Origin: Spirochaetia bacterium | GTDB taxonomy: Bacteria; Spirochaetota; Spirochaetia; WTKD01; G963693115 | NCBI GenBank assembly: GCA_963693115.1 | Contig: OY843750.1 | Span: 1,148,680 to 1,212,679 of the forward strand | Length of the DNA stretch: 64,000 nt | Direction: 5' to 3' | Part shown: one piece after another, positions 37,222 to 47,101 of the stretch | Layout: each line of letters starts with the position of its first letter | Numbering within the stretch: the stretch's first letter is position 1 | Translations under genes and position numbers: made by a program | Notes under the pieces: model-generated | Seen by the model: only the letters and a program-made list of their open reading frames with translations | Database searches by the model: none | What the model was told of the DNA's origin: nothing

Positions 37222-38031
37222 ATGAAAGTAATACTAAATGAATATATAGATAAGTTAGGGCAAGAAGGAGATGTGGTCAATGTACCTCGTGGCTATGCAA
37301 GGAATTTTCTCATTCCCCAAAAAAAGGTAATGTATTTTAGTCCACAAAGTCTTGCAGAAATAGAGAGTAAACGAAAGATAATAGAAGAAAAGAAGAAGAT
37401 GCGTTCTGATGCGCTTCTTGCTCTCAAAGAAAAAATTGCAAAGACAAGCGTTGAATTTTCTCTTAAGGCAGGTCTTAAAGGCGTGCTTTATGGATCGGTG
37501 ACCCCGCATATGATTGTGGAAACACTTGAAGCGAAGGGAATCAATCTCAATCGAAAGCAAGTTGTTCTTCCCCATAATCTTATTAAACATATTGGTACCT
37601 ATACCCTTACTGTACAACTCAATCCTCAAGTAACTGCAGAGTTAAAAGTGATTGTAAGTAGTGCGGATGGACAGGGTAGCCTTGATGATGAGGTGAGTGA
37701 AGAAGGCGATGCCTACGATAAAAAAGCAAGCACAAAAGACAGTTCTGAAAAAAGCCCCGAAAGTAATGCCGAAAGAAATACAGATGCAGAGAGGAGTCTA
37801 GAAATAGATGCCAAAGTGCAATCAAAAGTTGGTGATAGCGATGTAAACAAAACATCCCTTGCTCAGAGCTCAACAGAACACGTACAGAACACGCAAGAAG
37901 TGGCGCAACCAGAAATGCTAAAATCAACACAAAAAGAACAATCGAAAGAACAAGACGAGGCGACGCCATCCCATGGCATAGATGCGGATAGTTCGGATAC
38001 TGTAGAAGACCTAGCGAGCGATAAGGAATAA
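37222..38031 (+). CDS. rplI: 50S ribosomal protein L9 with a ~120-aa acidic C-terminal extension
   Basis: MKVILNEYIDKLGQEGDVVNVPRGYARNFLIPQ is canonical L9. The conserved body ends near residue 147. The remainder is S/D/E/K/Q-rich. Confidence 0.9.
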   Translation: MKVILNEYIDKLGQEGDVVNVPRGYARNFLIPQKKVMYFSPQSLAEIESKRKIIEEKKKMRSDALLALKEKIAKTSVEFSLKAGLKGVLYGSVTPHMIVETLEAKGINLNRKQVVLPHNLIKHIGTYTLTVQLNPQVTAELKVIVSSADGQGSLDDEVSEEGDAYDKKASTKDSSEKSPESNAERNTDAERSLEIDAKVQSKVGDSDVNKTSLAQSSTEHVQNTQEVAQPEMLKSTQKEQSKEQDEATPSHGIDADSSDTVEDLASDKE

Positions 38032-38249
38032 GATAACGAGTACGCAGTGCACATGAAGATTTGTATGTCATTTTGTGCAGATCTGAAAAAAGCAAACTTG
38101 TTCCAAGACTGCACCAAAAATGTACCAAAAATATACCAAAAATATAGCAGGAATGTAATAGAGCTAGGGTATGCAAGAGCTAAACATTGTTGTTGCTATT
38201 TTGTAAGAACTTTGTTGTGTATTAAAAATCCATTTGGTGCGTGTAGAAT

Positions 38250-39560
38250 TTGAGCGAACACATAGAGTTACCCAGCAATGTTGAGGCAGAACGAGCCCTT
38301 CTCTGTATTTTTATTAATGAGCCTAGCTCACTTAATCTTTTAGATTTGAGCATATACCCTGAGGATCTGTTTTTAGAAAGACACCAAGTCATCTTGAGTT
38401 CGCTTTTTGATCTTTCAGATTCGGGGCGACAGATTGATATTATTTCTTTAGTAGAGCAGCTTGCATCGGCTGGTGAACTTGAGCGATCGGGTGGCGCTGT
38501 GTATGTGAGTGAATTAAGTGGTCTTGGCATATCAGGGGTTAATGTTTCGTACTATGTAGAATTGATCATAGAAAAAAGTCAGCGACGTGCCTTGCTTGAG
38601 CTTTCGCAGACCTTACAACGGCATGCACCAGACCCTCGCGAAGATGTATCGAGTATACTTGAGAACACCGAAAAGAACATATTTACGATAACAGATCGAA
38701 CCCAGCATTTTACCTATCAGCCTTTTAGCTCTATTGGAAAGAAAGTTGTAGAGATCATACAAGAAAGAGATAAACAGGAACATGAGGGAACCTTACGGGG
38801 TATTCCTACAGGATACCATAGGTTAGATGCTTTGCTTTCGGGCTTGCAAAACGGCGAATTTGTGATTATCGGTGCGCGCCCTTCTATAGGTAAGACTGCC
38901 TTTGCGCTCAATCTTATAAACAATATATGCTTTGGTAACAAGATAGCAGCAGGATTTTTTTCATTAGAAATGTCTGATATAGATATTATTGGAAGACTCA
39001 TATCCATGCGTACGGGTATAAATAGTAGCCGTATACGCAGTAATAACCTCTATCCAGATGACTTTACAAAGATATCACAAAAAATACTAAAAAATCTTGA
39101 CGATCCTCTCTTTATTTCTGATGTGCCAAGTATGAGTCTGTTTGATATACGTATTCAGGCTCGGCGATTGGTAATAAAGGAAGGAGTTAAGATAATTTTT
39201 ATCGATTATCTTGGTTTGATAGATTATACGCGTCGCGATGATGTACGTGGTCTTACCATACCTCGGTTTGAAAAAGTAACCGAGATTTCTCGTTCTCTTA
39301 AAGCGCTTGCGCGGGAATTATATATCCCGATTGTTGCACTTTCTCAGGTTAATAGAGACTCAGAAGGTCGCGAGCCTACACTCGCCAATATTCGTGACTC
39401 GGGCTCAATAGAACAGGATGCCGATGTAGTTATGTTTTTACACCGAGAGTCACGCGATGATAATGCTACAAAATTAATAGTAGCTAAACAACGAAATGGC
39501 CCTGTAGATTCTATAAACTTTAATTTTGATGCAAAAACACTCAATTTTTTTGAGACCTAA
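38250..39560 (+). CDS. dnaB: Replicative DNA helicase DnaB
   Basis: TTG start, which is the first possible start after an in-frame TAG. N-terminal LPSNVEAERALLCIF, Walker A GARPSIGKTAFALN, and SLEMS, IIFIDYLGLI and LSQVNR motifs. Confidence 0.93.
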   Translation: MSEHIELPSNVEAERALLCIFINEPSSLNLLDLSIYPEDLFLERHQVILSSLFDLSDSGRQIDIISLVEQLASAGELERSGGAVYVSELSGLGISGVNVSYYVELIIEKSQRRALLELSQTLQRHAPDPREDVSSILENTEKNIFTITDRTQHFTYQPFSSIGKKVVEIIQERDKQEHEGTLRGIPTGYHRLDALLSGLQNGEFVIIGARPSIGKTAFALNLINNICFGNKIAAGFFSLEMSDIDIIGRLISMRTGINSSRIRSNNLYPDDFTKISQKILKNLDDPLFISDVPSMSLFDIRIQARRLVIKEGVKIIFIDYLGLIDYTRRDDVRGLTIPRFEKVTEISRSLKALARELYIPIVALSQVNRDSEGREPTLANIRDSGSIEQDADVVMFLHRESRDDNATKLIVAKQRNGPVDSINFNFDAKTLNFFET

Positions 39561-39666
39561 TACGATTTAAAAATACTCCACTATGCTCCAACATGGATGA
39601 GATGCCTCCTTTGTCTTGTAGAACCGCGCTGGTTGGGGTTTAGTAGGACATGCCTATCTGATATAC

Positions 39667-42000
39667 CTATCTGACATGCACCGTACTTCTTTGAATCAAA
39701 CTGAGTCGTGCGTATTCTTGATTATCGTAGTATACTGCGTAGGAGTGTATGATCCCATGGGCATCTAAAAGTAAGAGATGGGTATCGTTTACGGTGAGGG
39801 AAATAATTTTCCCTACCTTATTATGCAAAGCATAGCTTGAGATAAGCATGTCGTTTTCATCATTGTTGATCTGTACGAGGTATAATTTTTTGTGCGTCAC
39901 AATGTAAAGCGTATTGTTATATTGACGCGAAAAGACATAGGAATCGAGTGGAATTTCTAAAAGTTGTTCAAAGGCCTGAGTGGTGAATGATAGATTTTCT
40001 TTCTCTCGATTTTCTTCTTCTGAGTTTTTTTCTTGACTGGTTTTTGTGCTTTGAGAGAGGGCTTTGTCTTGTATAGCTTGCTGAGCACGCAGTCGATAGA
40101 GTATAAAAGCATCATCGATTTCAGCACCTATGACAAGGTCAACGGTTTCTTTGGTAGATTTTCTGGTAAATTTTTTGTCAAGAAAAAAGTATTCTCTGAC
40201 ATGCGAACTTGAAAAAGGAATATCAATAAATGCTAGTGTCTGTAAATCACTAGCATTAGACAAGACAAGCTTAGGTAGTTCGTATTGAAATGTTTCTGTA
40301 AGGGTAGAAAGAGGTCGATTTGAGAGTAAGTGGGGTTCAGGGTGAGCAGGCCAGATTTCAGCGTAGAGGTTTTTTTCCTGCAAGCTGAAAAGTTTCTTGT
40401 CCTGTGGGTCGGGTATTGAAATAGTGCTATCAATATGTGCAAAACTATATAGGCGTTGATTGTACAGTTGTACGCTATATGGATAATGGGGTAGTAAAGC
40501 GAGAGGTGAGATTGTGGATGTTGTGGGTATGTATGTATTTACAAAGGTATCTCCGTTTTTATTTTGAAAATACAAATACAGTGATGAGTCTGAAAATTTC
40601 TGAGGATCTTCATTTTTGTCAGAAGCTGTGGTAGCAAGGGACTGTATTGTAGGGAAACTATTAACAGGATCGGAGGAACGTATATGGTCAACAAATCGTG
40701 CTTTTTGACTTACATAAGAAATATGTTGTATATCCTTTGTATGCGTATCACGAATAGAATGCTCTAGTTTAGTAGAGGTAAATATTGCTGTGGGAATGCT
40801 ACGAAGCCCATCATTTGACAATGCGTATAGAGACTCCTCACGTAATGCAATGTCAGTAAATGCTATTGTGGTGTCATCAAATTCGTAGTGAATCATGCGA
40901 GTAGGCATTGCATAGCGTAGCAATTGCCCCTTTTCTGTTCCTAACCATAAATGATTATCTGTCAACAGGCTTGCGGTTATATGTGACTCAACGCTCATTC
41001 TAAATTCAGGAAGTTCTACAAGCCTGTCGTTTAGGCGTTGATAGAGGGAGATATGTGCTCTTCCTACAGAAGTATTGTAGATTGTAGCGATTCTATTCTG
41101 ACTATTTACGTTGCTTAAGCTATATTGTGGGATGGAAGGAGGCGAGTTGATACGAGTAGTGGTTTCTGTCGAATCGTTTTTAGTGATGGGCGCTTCGCTA
41201 CTCGATAAGGCTACCGAATCAAAGAGTTCTCCCCTTACGATGTCATATGTCAGCAGGGTACGTTGATCATTGAGTGCAAACACGTATCTACCCTTAGGTG
41301 ATAAGTGCATGTCGTGTAGATTGGGACTAAGTATGACCTCGCCAAGCAAAGAATTATTCTGCCATTCAAAATAACTGAGTACGCCCGATTCGGCCTTGTA
41401 CTGAAAATAGCTATCTCCGCTTTCTGATAATGCTATGCGACTGTCTTTGTTGTTTATGGGCATCTTTGTTGCAAAGATAGACTCACTGTTCGTACCAATG
41501 GTCATATGAACAAGGCCTTCTCGTGTCAAGTAAACGATGCGTCCATTTTTACTTGCTATGTCAAACTGAACTATGTCCGTAGAGCTTGTTGTTATGCTTG
41601 TGTTATATTGTATGTCCAGTCGAAAGAGTTGAAGAGAGGAGATCTGATCTGTGTGCGTGCGTGTTGCGTGTGTTGTATAAAGCACATAGGGGTAGTCAAA
41701 GCGTACGCGACTTATAGAATCGTAGGCGTGGAGATAGTAGTACGATTGAAGGGCTAAGTGAATATCATGCGTATTGCCTTGCTTTTCTTGGGGCTCTTTT
41801 AATTGGTTTTCTTTTAGGGCATGTATGAGGACAAGCCCGCCCGCATCGACTGTGTATAATTCTTTGGTTTCTTGGTGCAGATATATTGCTTGTATGCTTG
41901 ACTCATGGAGTGGATGGTGCCTAATAATATAGGCCTGTACTGGTGTACCAAGCACTACTATACACAGGGCTACAATGACAATATATATTCGCACTAGCAT
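39667..42000 (-). CDS. Large secreted hypothetical protein (possible beta-propeller-like repeats)
   Basis: 777 aa with an N-terminal signal-like segment (IVIVALCIVVLGTPVQA). No family recognised. Confidence 0.55.
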   Translation of the reverse strand: MLVRIYIVIVALCIVVLGTPVQAYIIRHHPLHESSIQAIYLHQETKELYTVDAGGLVLIHALKENQLKEPQEKQGNTHDIHLALQSYYYLHAYDSISRVRFDYPYVLYTTHATRTHTDQISSLQLFRLDIQYNTSITTSSTDIVQFDIASKNGRIVYLTREGLVHMTIGTNSESIFATKMPINNKDSRIALSESGDSYFQYKAESGVLSYFEWQNNSLLGEVILSPNLHDMHLSPKGRYVFALNDQRTLLTYDIVRGELFDSVALSSSEAPITKNDSTETTTRINSPPSIPQYSLSNVNSQNRIATIYNTSVGRAHISLYQRLNDRLVELPEFRMSVESHITASLLTDNHLWLGTEKGQLLRYAMPTRMIHYEFDDTTIAFTDIALREESLYALSNDGLRSIPTAIFTSTKLEHSIRDTHTKDIQHISYVSQKARFVDHIRSSDPVNSFPTIQSLATTASDKNEDPQKFSDSSLYLYFQNKNGDTFVNTYIPTTSTISPLALLPHYPYSVQLYNQRLYSFAHIDSTISIPDPQDKKLFSLQEKNLYAEIWPAHPEPHLLSNRPLSTLTETFQYELPKLVLSNASDLQTLAFIDIPFSSSHVREYFFLDKKFTRKSTKETVDLVIGAEIDDAFILYRLRAQQAIQDKALSQSTKTSQEKNSEEENREKENLSFTTQAFEQLLEIPLDSYVFSRQYNNTLYIVTHKKLYLVQINNDENDMLISSYALHNKVGKIISLTVNDTHLLLLDAHGIIHSYAVYYDNQEYARLSLIQRSTVHVR

Positions 42001-42031
42001 AGTCTATCGTACCATATCTGTATGCGATGAT

Positions 42032-43387
42032 TTATAGGCGTAGGATATCACCATACATAACCAGGATAAATATAAAGAGCAGTAGCAGTGCACCGATGCC
42101 GTTATACATAGCGAGTCCTTTGACAGTATATCCTTTTTTTCTGAGATGAGCTACTAGGTAGAACAACATCTGTCCTCCGTCTAGTATGGGAAGGGGGACG
42201 AGATTAACTATTGCAAGTGAAAGGTTAATGGCGGCAGTGAGATTTAGTAGTGCAATTAATACGCCACTCAGTCCTCCACTAGCTAGGCTACGTTGCGTGG
42301 TGCGTGCGATACCTCCCACGATGCCTATGGGTCCTGAAACATCGCTGACAAACTGCGAAGGATGGACGTAGGCTGAAAAAATAGCTCCAAATGTTGCGAC
42401 GACAGTATTGCCAACTCTCAAAAAGACCGAATTCATGTACTGAAGATATGATTGAGGTCGAGTTCTTACCACCACATACTCAAATAATATACCTAGGGAA
42501 TCGACTATAGAGCTTTCTTCTGTAGCTGAGCGCCTGTTATCTTGAGTGATTTGTACTGTTGTCTCTTGTGGTCCTTCCTTATTTTGGTATTGAATAGTGA
42601 GTGTTTCTTGTCCTTTGACATATTTGTAAAATTGGTCTGCGTGAGCAACGGAAAGCCCATTTACTCCAGTGATGGTGTCTCCCACTGCAATGGGGGCAGC
42701 TTTAAATGGTGATTTTCTTCCAATTTCGCCAATGACGGGAGGAATGAATGGACTCAGCCCAATGAGTCGTGTTCCTTCTTGAGTCGTATAGGGTAGTATC
42801 TCTGCTGTCTTTGAAAGACCTGCTCGAGCAAATGTAACGGTAAGCGAGCCCTGTGAATTTTTGATAATCCGAATGATGTCATCAAAGTTGTTTACTGGTA
42901 TTTGATTGATTGCAGTAATTGTATCTCCAGTACGTAATCCAGCTATCTTTGCAGGGGCGTTTTGTTCAGCTAGTGTATCTTGCACTACCACTGTATTGGA
43001 ATATGTTATGAGTGTGGTGCCAGTATAAAACAGTATCCACGAACACAAAAAATAGAAAAGAATGTTTGACGCAGGACCCGCGAGTATAATAATAATTTTT
43101 TTTGATATGCTAGTTGAAAAAAAATAAGGACTTGTAGCATCTGTTTCAATTCTGCCTGTGTGAAAATGTTCGTTTATATCTCCGTTATCAAACTTAACAT
43201 AACCGCCGAGGGGGATACACCCGAGGCTAAAACTGGTACCACGTATGTTTGTGGTCAATAGCTTTGGTCCAAAGAAAAGCCTAAATTCTTTTACTTTTAT
43301 CTTAAGTGAGACTGCAGCTAGTAGGTGTCCTAGTTCGTGTATGATGATAATGAATGATAATATAAAGAGTCCGATGATTATGTTCAT
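42032..43387 (-). CDS. rseP: Site-2 protease RseP (M50 zinc metalloprotease with PDZ domains)
   Basis: HELGH near the N-terminus, central PDZ-like segments (AGLRTGDTITAINQIPV; IAVGDTITGVNGLSV), and C-terminal NLVPLPILDGG. Confidence 0.9.
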   Translation of the reverse strand: MNIIIGLFILSFIIIIHELGHLLAAVSLKIKVKEFRLFFGPKLLTTNIRGTSFSLGCIPLGGYVKFDNGDINEHFHTGRIETDATSPYFFSTSISKKIIIILAGPASNILFYFLCSWILFYTGTTLITYSNTVVVQDTLAEQNAPAKIAGLRTGDTITAINQIPVNNFDDIIRIIKNSQGSLTVTFARAGLSKTAEILPYTTQEGTRLIGLSPFIPPVIGEIGRKSPFKAAPIAVGDTITGVNGLSVAHADQFYKYVKGQETLTIQYQNKEGPQETTVQITQDNRRSATEESSIVDSLGILFEYVVVRTRPQSYLQYMNSVFLRVGNTVVATFGAIFSAYVHPSQFVSDVSGPIGIVGGIARTTQRSLASGGLSGVLIALLNLTAAINLSLAIVNLVPLPILDGGQMLFYLVAHLRKKGYTVKGLAMYNGIGALLLLFIFILVMYGDILRL

Positions 43388-43763
43388 ATATTTAGTGTAT
43401 GTGTCCTTGATAATAATATGTTCTTTGTTTGACTATGGTGGTAGTACTATGGTGACAGTACTCTGGGATAGTACTCTGAATAATGTTAAGTGATAAGGGC
43501 TTCTTCATAAGGTTTAATTATAATACCCAACCAATAAAAATTTTAGCAAAAAAATTCTTATTTATCAGATTTTGCAAGTAAGTTTTACAAGGAATAGTGG
43601 CAATAATCGTAATACAAGGACAATAGCCAGAATCTCCATACATAAAAATGAGCACTTGGTTGCTTCTTTATTGTGTTATTATTAACTCCTTTCTTGGAGG
43701 AAGTAGTATCCTCTGGTGTTTTATCATATTTCTGTTAGGGCATCTCATTATGGTATGTCCTCG

Positions 43764-44750
43764 CTATGTCGTAGAAAATAGACTCAACATCATGATATAG
43801 TACATTGATGCTCCAAAAAGCAATGAGTCAATGGTGTCCAATACACCACCTTTACCAGGCAGTATGTATCCTGTATCCTTGAGAGCACTCATGCGCTTAT
43901 ATACTGATACGTAAAGATCTCCTAGTATGGTACCAATATTTACAAAAAAAATAGTAACAACATAACGAGCTATTATTGGTTCGTAGGTGTCGCGAAACAA
44001 AAAAAATGATATGAGGGCTGCAATATAACCTGCAATAAATCCTGCAGTAAACCCCACCAAGGACTTCGTTGGACTTACGTGCACACGTATTTTTTTTCTG
44101 CTATTACGATCCGATGAAAACAGTTTTCCAAATACAAGAGCCATTGCATCATTAGAAAATACAACGAATGCAATAGTAAAAATATGAGCAGGGCTTGACT
44201 CAAATCCTGCAATAAGAATCATGGCTGCAATAAAAACACCGGGATAACACAGCGTATAGGTAAATAAAGAAGATGTATGATAGACTATTTTGTATTTTTT
44301 TTGTAAGGACAGAACAGAACTTAGGATTATCGAAAGAAGTATCAAGGCGAGTACACCCTGGAATGAATAACTATGTGACAGAGAAAGTGGCAAGAAATAC
44401 TGGTGCACGAGAATGATGCTCGGTAAGAGCATACATCCAACAATGGATGCTATATATAATAAAATTTTCTGTTCTAAGAAAGATCCATCCCTAGAGGTAT
44501 TGGATTCCACCTCTTTTTTTAACGCGATGTCGTTTTTTTTGTTTGAAATAGTCAATGTAGTTTTATTAATGCGTACATACATGCCTGCGATTTCTAACCC
44601 AGCGATGATAGAGGCAATGAGGAGTACTGATTTACTCGCTACGTAATCCAACCATGGAAGCATGACTACCCCCATAGCTATTGGAAATGCAACAAAAGCT
44701 ACAAGTAAACGACCCATTCGCCCCGAAGGTTTATGATGGTTAAGACTCAC
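43764..44750 (-). CDS. cdsA: Phosphatidate cytidylyltransferase CdsA (signature variant)
   Basis: Polytopic membrane protein. C-terminal SVYKRMSALKDTGYILPGKGGVLDTIDS corresponds to the CDS signature S-x-x-KR-x4-KD-x-G-x3-PGHGG-x-DR-x-D, with H to K and R to T. It lies between uppS and rseP. Confidence 0.8.
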   Translation of the reverse strand: MSLNHHKPSGRMGRLLVAFVAFPIAMGVVMLPWLDYVASKSVLLIASIIAGLEIAGMYVRINKTTLTISNKKNDIALKKEVESNTSRDGSFLEQKILLYIASIVGCMLLPSIILVHQYFLPLSLSHSYSFQGVLALILLSIILSSVLSLQKKYKIVYHTSSLFTYTLCYPGVFIAAMILIAGFESSPAHIFTIAFVVFSNDAMALVFGKLFSSDRNSRKKIRVHVSPTKSLVGFTAGFIAGYIAALISFFLFRDTYEPIIARYVVTIFFVNIGTILGDLYVSVYKRMSALKDTGYILPGKGGVLDTIDSLLFGASMYYIMMLSLFSTT

Positions 44751-45586
44751 GAACCAAAATTCCTCTTTGCACTCTGATAGAATTGCAAAGCTGATTCAAA
44801 GTCACTCTCTTGCCAATCTGGCCAAAGCACGTCGGTAAAATATAGCTCGCTGTAGGCTATCTGCCATAAACAAAAATTACTGATTCTTTTTTCTCCCCCT
44901 GTGCGGATAACGAGATCTACATTAGGAAGAGAAGGCTGATCAAAATACGAATATAGAAGCGACTCCGTTATTTTCGGAACACGAGGAGTTGTAAAGCGTG
45001 GTAACTCGTCTAGTAGCTCTGACTGTTGCTGAACCCCAAGTGTATCTAATACACTAGTGTGTGAGTGAGTAGGAGAGCTATCCTTAGTATGAGTGTTGAC
45101 ATCTTCTTTTGAGTTGGAGTCATGAGAAGGTACGCATTCGTTCTCAATGAGTCTATGTACGGCACGCACTATTTCATTTCTTCCGCCATAATTACAGGCG
45201 AGATTTACTGTGATGCTTCCATTGTTGACCGTAGACTGTGTTACTTTATTTATTTCTTGTACCGATCGTGCTCCAAGTGCATCAATAAAACCGCTGTATA
45301 CCACTTTTATGTCGTGTTGTTCATAGAAATTGTAGTGCTTTCTCAACTTTCCTGAGAGAAGCGATACAATAAAATCGACCTCACGCCTAGGACGTTTCCA
45401 ATTTTCTGTGGAAAATACAAAAAAACTTACATAGGGTATCAAGTATCGTTTGCACGAGAGTACGAGCCGTTTTGCAGATTCGACTCCTTGGTAGTATGCA
45501 TCTGTGTAGTTTTTATGTTTGAGTGTCGCCCAACGACGATTGCCATCCATAATCACTGCAAGGTGCTGAGGGTGACTCACAGACAT
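44747..45586 (-). CDS. uppS: Undecaprenyl-diphosphate synthase UppS
   Basis: HLAVIMDGNRRWA and RTGGEKRISNFCLWQIAYSELYF motifs. It carries an internal S/T/H-rich insertion. Confidence 0.9.
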   Translation of the reverse strand: MSVSHPQHLAVIMDGNRRWATLKHKNYTDAYYQGVESAKRLVLSCKRYLIPYVSFFVFSTENWKRPRREVDFIVSLLSGKLRKHYNFYEQHDIKVVYSGFIDALGARSVQEINKVTQSTVNNGSITVNLACNYGGRNEIVRAVHRLIENECVPSHDSNSKEDVNTHTKDSSPTHSHTSVLDTLGVQQQSELLDELPRFTTPRVPKITESLLYSYFDQPSLPNVDLVIRTGGEKRISNFCLWQIAYSELYFTDVLWPDWQESDFESALQFYQSAKRNFGS

Positions 45587-45589
45587 CGG

Positions 45590-46147
45590 TTATTCTTCCA
45601 TTATTTCCTTTTCTTTTTCTGAAGCAATAGTAGTAATGGTGTGGGTGGCTTTTTCAACTTCTGTTTGTATGATTTTTTCATAATGTGAGAGATCGTCTTC
45701 GCTGATTTCAGAACTATGCTGGAGTTTTTTCATTTTATCTATGGCGTCTCTACGTATATTTCTGATTGCTATTTTTGCGTCTTCGGCAAGTTCGTAGGCA
45801 TGGGTAACGGACTCTTTTCTAGTGGTGTCGGTCAAAGGAGGAATCTGTATGCGTATGAGTTTTCCGTCGTTAATAGGATTAATCGATACCGTATCTTTCT
45901 GTATGGCTTTTTCAATCTCTACGAGGAGGCTATTATCCCAGGCTTGTATAACTACTTGTCGTGCTTCTTGGACACGGATGGAGGCGACTTGGTTGAGTGG
46001 TGTGGGACTTCCATAGTTGTTTACCATGATATTTTCAAACATTCTTGCAGAGGCGCGACCAGTTCTTACTCCGTCGTATTTTGATTCTAGTGTGTGTATG
46101 CTTTTTTGGATTTTGTCTTTTAGTGTGGAAATTACTGGATGTTCCAT
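45590..46147 (-). CDS. frr: Ribosome recycling factor
   Basis: 185 aa; TGRASARMFENIMVNNYGSPTPLNQVASI...IRNIRRDAIDKMKK is canonical. Confidence 0.95.
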   Translation of the reverse strand: MEHPVISTLKDKIQKSIHTLESKYDGVRTGRASARMFENIMVNNYGSPTPLNQVASIRVQEARQVVIQAWDNSLLVEIEKAIQKDTVSINPINDGKLIRIQIPPLTDTTRKESVTHAYELAEDAKIAIRNIRRDAIDKMKKLQHSSEISEDDLSHYEKIIQTEVEKATHTITTIASEKEKEIMEE

Positions 46148-46153
46148 CTGTTA

Positions 46154-47086
46154 TTATTCTCCGTTAGTGCTATCAGAATTGTCTGACGTATTGTTAGAAC
46201 CAAGTTGGAATACGACAAAATGCTGAATGCGTATTTGTTCAAGTTTTGGTTTTAGTTCTGCCACCACCGCTTGTACAGTTTTTTTATCATCCTTTACCCA
46301 GGCTTGTGTCAAAAAACTAACTTCTTGTAGGTGTTTATTGAGTTTTCCTGTGATCATCTTTTCTAGTATTTCTGGAGGTTTTCCTGTCTGTTCTGCCTGC
46401 TTAATAAAAATTTCTTTCTGTTCATCAATATACTGTTGTTGTGCTGAACCAGGGTCAAGAAAAAGAGGGGTTCGCGCAACTGCATGAAGTGCACATTCGT
46501 AGGCAAAGCGGTTCAAGAGTTCTTTTTCTGATTCAGAAACTTCTACTGCACCTTCGTCGACTTTATCACTAGAAACAGTAACGACGGCACCAAGTCGTGC
46601 TGGTATTCCATGAGTATAACTGCCAAATACCTGAGAGTCTTTTTTCTGTATTTTTTCAAATCGAATACACTGACACTTTTCTTTTAGTACTATGGCTGCC
46701 TCCGTTACAAATGCATTGACTGCCTCACTAATTGTTGTAAGATCGGTGGTGGTAATATCGGGTTGTGCCTTGCCCCGAGTATGCTCAATTATGTATTGGG
46801 TGCATTTTAGACCGAGTGCGTTAAAGTCATCAGTTTTTGCTACAAAGTCAGTTTCACAAGAAAGTTCAATAATTACCGCGTCATTTCCTTCAACTCTTAC
46901 AAAGACGCTTCCTTCCGAAGAAGTTCTTCCGCTACGTTTGGCGAGCTCTGCAAGACCCATTTTTTTTAGGATCTTTTCTGCTTCTTTAAAGTCGCCGTTT
47001 GCCTCAGTGAGCGCTTTTTTGCAATCCATGAATCCTGCACTTGTTTTGTCTCGTAATTGTTTAATGTCGGTAAGGGTAATGCCCAT
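46154..47086 (-). CDS. tsf: Elongation factor Ts
   Basis: N-terminal IKQLRDKTSAGFMDCKKALTEANGDFKEAEKILKKMG is canonical EF-Ts. It ends in a short S/N/D-rich C-terminal tail. Confidence 0.93.
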   Translation of the reverse strand: MGITLTDIKQLRDKTSAGFMDCKKALTEANGDFKEAEKILKKMGLAELAKRSGRTSSEGSVFVRVEGNDAVIIELSCETDFVAKTDDFNALGLKCTQYIIEHTRGKAQPDITTTDLTTISEAVNAFVTEAAIVLKEKCQCIRFEKIQKKDSQVFGSYTHGIPARLGAVVTVSSDKVDEGAVEVSESEKELLNRFAYECALHAVARTPLFLDPGSAQQQYIDEQKEIFIKQAEQTGKPPEILEKMITGKLNKHLQEVSFLTQAWVKDDKKTVQAVVAELKPKLEQIRIQHFVVFQLGSNNTSDNSDSTNGE

Positions 47087-47101
47087 ATTCTTCTCCTTGT
47101 A

